A DNA stretch of 64,000 bases from an uncultured virus (IMG/VR IMGVR_UViG_3300008108_000264) (taxonomy: Duplodnaviria; Heunggongvirae; Uroviricota; Caudoviricetes): the IMG/VR virus record IMGVR_UViG_3300008108_000264; one strand, written 5' to 3'. Under the pieces are notes generated by a model. That model saw only the letters and a program-made list of their open reading frames with translations. It did no database searches and was not told the DNA's origin. The first letter of the stretch is position 1. Each line of letters opens with the position of its first letter. This document shows positions 62,035-64,000 of this stretch, piece after piece. A program made the translations under genes and the position numbers.

Positions 62035-63999
62035 ATGAAAAAATTATTTATAGACAAAAGAACATTTAAATCAGGTAAAAAATCATTCTTAAATGTAAGT
62101 ACTACTCTTGATTTATTTAAATATATTAAATCAGTAGGTGGTAGTGTAGAATTTGTAGAACAAACTTATAATAGTTTACTTAGTAAAGTAAATGCTGGAA
62201 CTTTAGTACCAGGTACTTACTATGTTATAACAGATTATCAAACTTGTTATAATCAACCTGATTATGATCAATTTAAAAACCCTATTGCAGTTTCAAATGC
62301 TTCTTATGTAACTACATCTGTAGATCCAATTATAGTATTTGCTACTTCTACAAGTACACTTGCACCTGATGCATATCAACCAAGTTATCCTAATGATAAA
62401 ATTAAGTACGATATATTTTATAGTACAACTGAATCTGGAGATCCAGCGTTTGGTAGAATAACTGAAAGAATTGATGAATTTGGAAATCGTGCAGATTATG
62501 ATCATCGCACTATTCAATTTAAAAGATATATGTTATATACTTATAGTAAAGTTTTACCTTTACCAGGAACAGTTGAATTACAGAGTGATGGTACAGTACT
62601 TGGTACATTAACAACTTTTACTTCATTATTACCTAAACAAATTATAGCAATTAAAGGTAGCACTGAAACTTTTTATGAAATTGATACAATTACTGATGAT
62701 TTTACTATGACTGTAACAGGAGAAGCTATTACTGCAACTGGTGCAGGATTTCAATTTTTTAATGCAAATTCTCATAGCGATGATAGTTATTATCCAAACA
62801 ATGTTAATGGACAAGTATCGTTTACTCTTTACTATACCTTTCAAGCTTCAGTAACATTTGGTGGAGATGGTTGTATTAATACATACATTGGAGACCATGC
62901 TAAGTACGTTATAAATGAAGGTATTGGTGATTTCTTATTAGCAAATAATGTTCTTAAAGATGGTGCTTATCGGAATAATACCATTGGTGATAGTTCTTAT
63001 AATAATACTTTTAATGATGATTGTACTGCTAATCAAATAGGCTACGGCTTTAGAAATAATATTACTGATGATGACTTTGATGAAAATGTAATTGGAACTT
63101 TCTTTGAAAATAATATCATTACAGCAAATTTTTATGATAATCATATAGGTAATGATTTTAACGATAATTTTATTTTGTGTGATAGTTTTTATAGAAACCA
63201 AATTGGAAATGATTTTAGAGATAATTGGTTAGACGGTGATTTTGGTTTTGACTTCCAAAATAATCAAATTGGTAATCAGTTTAATAATAATGAAATTTAC
63301 AAAGATTTTTATAAAAATGTTATCCTTAATGGATATAATCAAAATCAAATTTGGGATCAATTTATTGGAAATAAAATAGGAAACGGTTTTAATGCTAATC
63401 AAATTTTTAATAATTTTTACGATAACCATATTTTAGATTATTTTACAAGCAATATTATTGGTGATGCTACATTTGCTGTTTTATATTCATTTAATAGTAA
63501 TATTATTAATAATTCTTTTCAAAATAATACTATTTTAGGTAATTTTTTCAAAAACAATATTGGAAATAATTTTTCTGCAAATAATATTGGATTTGAATTT
63601 AGAAACAATTTAATTGGTAGCGATTTTTCAAGTAATGATTTAGGTGATAATTTTGGTTATAATGTAATTGGTAATACTTTTCAAAATAATGTAATTGGTA
63701 ATGACTTTGGTTACGGTGGTAGTGCTACACGTGGAAATAAAATAGGAAACACTTTTGTTGGAAATAATATTGGTGAAAATTTCTATGATAATGTAATTTC
63801 TGATTTATTTATAAATAACATTATAGTTGATAATTTTAAATTTAACCATATTTCTTATTCTTTATTTGGATTTGACTTTACAACTGCTACGCATGTTTAT
63901 GCTGATTATAATTGTAAAATTATTAAATCAAGTGATACTAGCTATTATTTAGAATATTTAAATATAGTAACACCTACATATGTAGCAATAACTGCATAA
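62035..63999 (+). CDS. Tail fibre/spike with Asn-rich beta-helix repeats
   Basis: LVPGTYYVITDY...GRITERIDEFGN..YD head domain; many N.IG..F..N repeats. Confidence 0.75.
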   Translation: MKKLFIDKRTFKSGKKSFLNVSTTLDLFKYIKSVGGSVEFVEQTYNSLLSKVNAGTLVPGTYYVITDYQTCYNQPDYDQFKNPIAVSNASYVTTSVDPIIVFATSTSTLAPDAYQPSYPNDKIKYDIFYSTTESGDPAFGRITERIDEFGNRADYDHRTIQFKRYMLYTYSKVLPLPGTVELQSDGTVLGTLTTFTSLLPKQIIAIKGSTETFYEIDTITDDFTMTVTGEAITATGAGFQFFNANSHSDDSYYPNNVNGQVSFTLYYTFQASVTFGGDGCINTYIGDHAKYVINEGIGDFLLANNVLKDGAYRNNTIGDSSYNNTFNDDCTANQIGYGFRNNITDDDFDENVIGTFFENNIITANFYDNHIGNDFNDNFILCDSFYRNQIGNDFRDNWLDGDFGFDFQNNQIGNQFNNNEIYKDFYKNVILNGYNQNQIWDQFIGNKIGNGFNANQIFNNFYDNHILDYFTSNIIGDATFAVLYSFNSNIINNSFQNNTILGNFFKNNIGNNFSANNIGFEFRNNLIGSDFSSNDLGDNFGYNVIGNTFQNNVIGNDFGYGGSATRGNKIGNTFVGNNIGENFYDNVISDLFINNIIVDNFKFNHISYSLFGFDFTTATHVYADYNCKIIKSSDTSYYLEYLNIVTPTYVAITA

Positions 64000-64000
64000 T

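Noticed and set aside
39651..63429. Minus-strand ORFs in the right arm (e.g. 39651, 43395, 46962, 62938)
   Set aside because: Antisense shadows of plus-strand genes
62940..63850. Diversity-generating retroelement target in the Asn-rich tail gene
   Set aside because: No reverse transcriptase or template repeat in the window; the repeats are explained by a beta-helix
1..64000. Genome-wide stop-codon reassignment as in some crAss-like phages
   Set aside because: TerL, portal, MCP and tail genes are intact under the standard code, and TAG/TGA occur at plausible gene ends

Overview
A 64-kb segment of a large, AT-rich dsDNA phage. The structural gene order (TerL, portal, MCP, post-capsid genes) is Crassvirales-like, and TAnnTTTG promoter boxes with no Shine-Dalgarno sites suggest a Bacteroidota host. 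Positions 1-38.6 kb are on the minus strand. They carry early/middle genes: AAA ATPases, SF1 helicase, DnaJ, an Asn/Asp-RS-like protein, ThyX, DnaX, two Ro60/TROVE-like genes, an exonuclease, hydrolases, many small ORFs and tRNAs. Positions 39.2-64 kb are on the plus strand, with lysis, packaging, GroEL, capsid and tail genes. The main finding is an RNA system next to the Ro60/TROVE-like genes: about 10 minus-strand non-coding elements share one covarying stem (5'-AAGNNASTTACAAW paired with its complement). They join it to tRNA parts in four topologies: circularly permuted tRNA (YrlA-like Y RNA), normal-order tRNA, tRNA ends with the stem inside, and bare stem. There is also a hammerhead ribozyme with a kissing loop, a twister ribozyme, several aberrant tRNAs and unassigned pseudoknotted RNAs. 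All calls come from reading the sequence by eye; no database searches were run.
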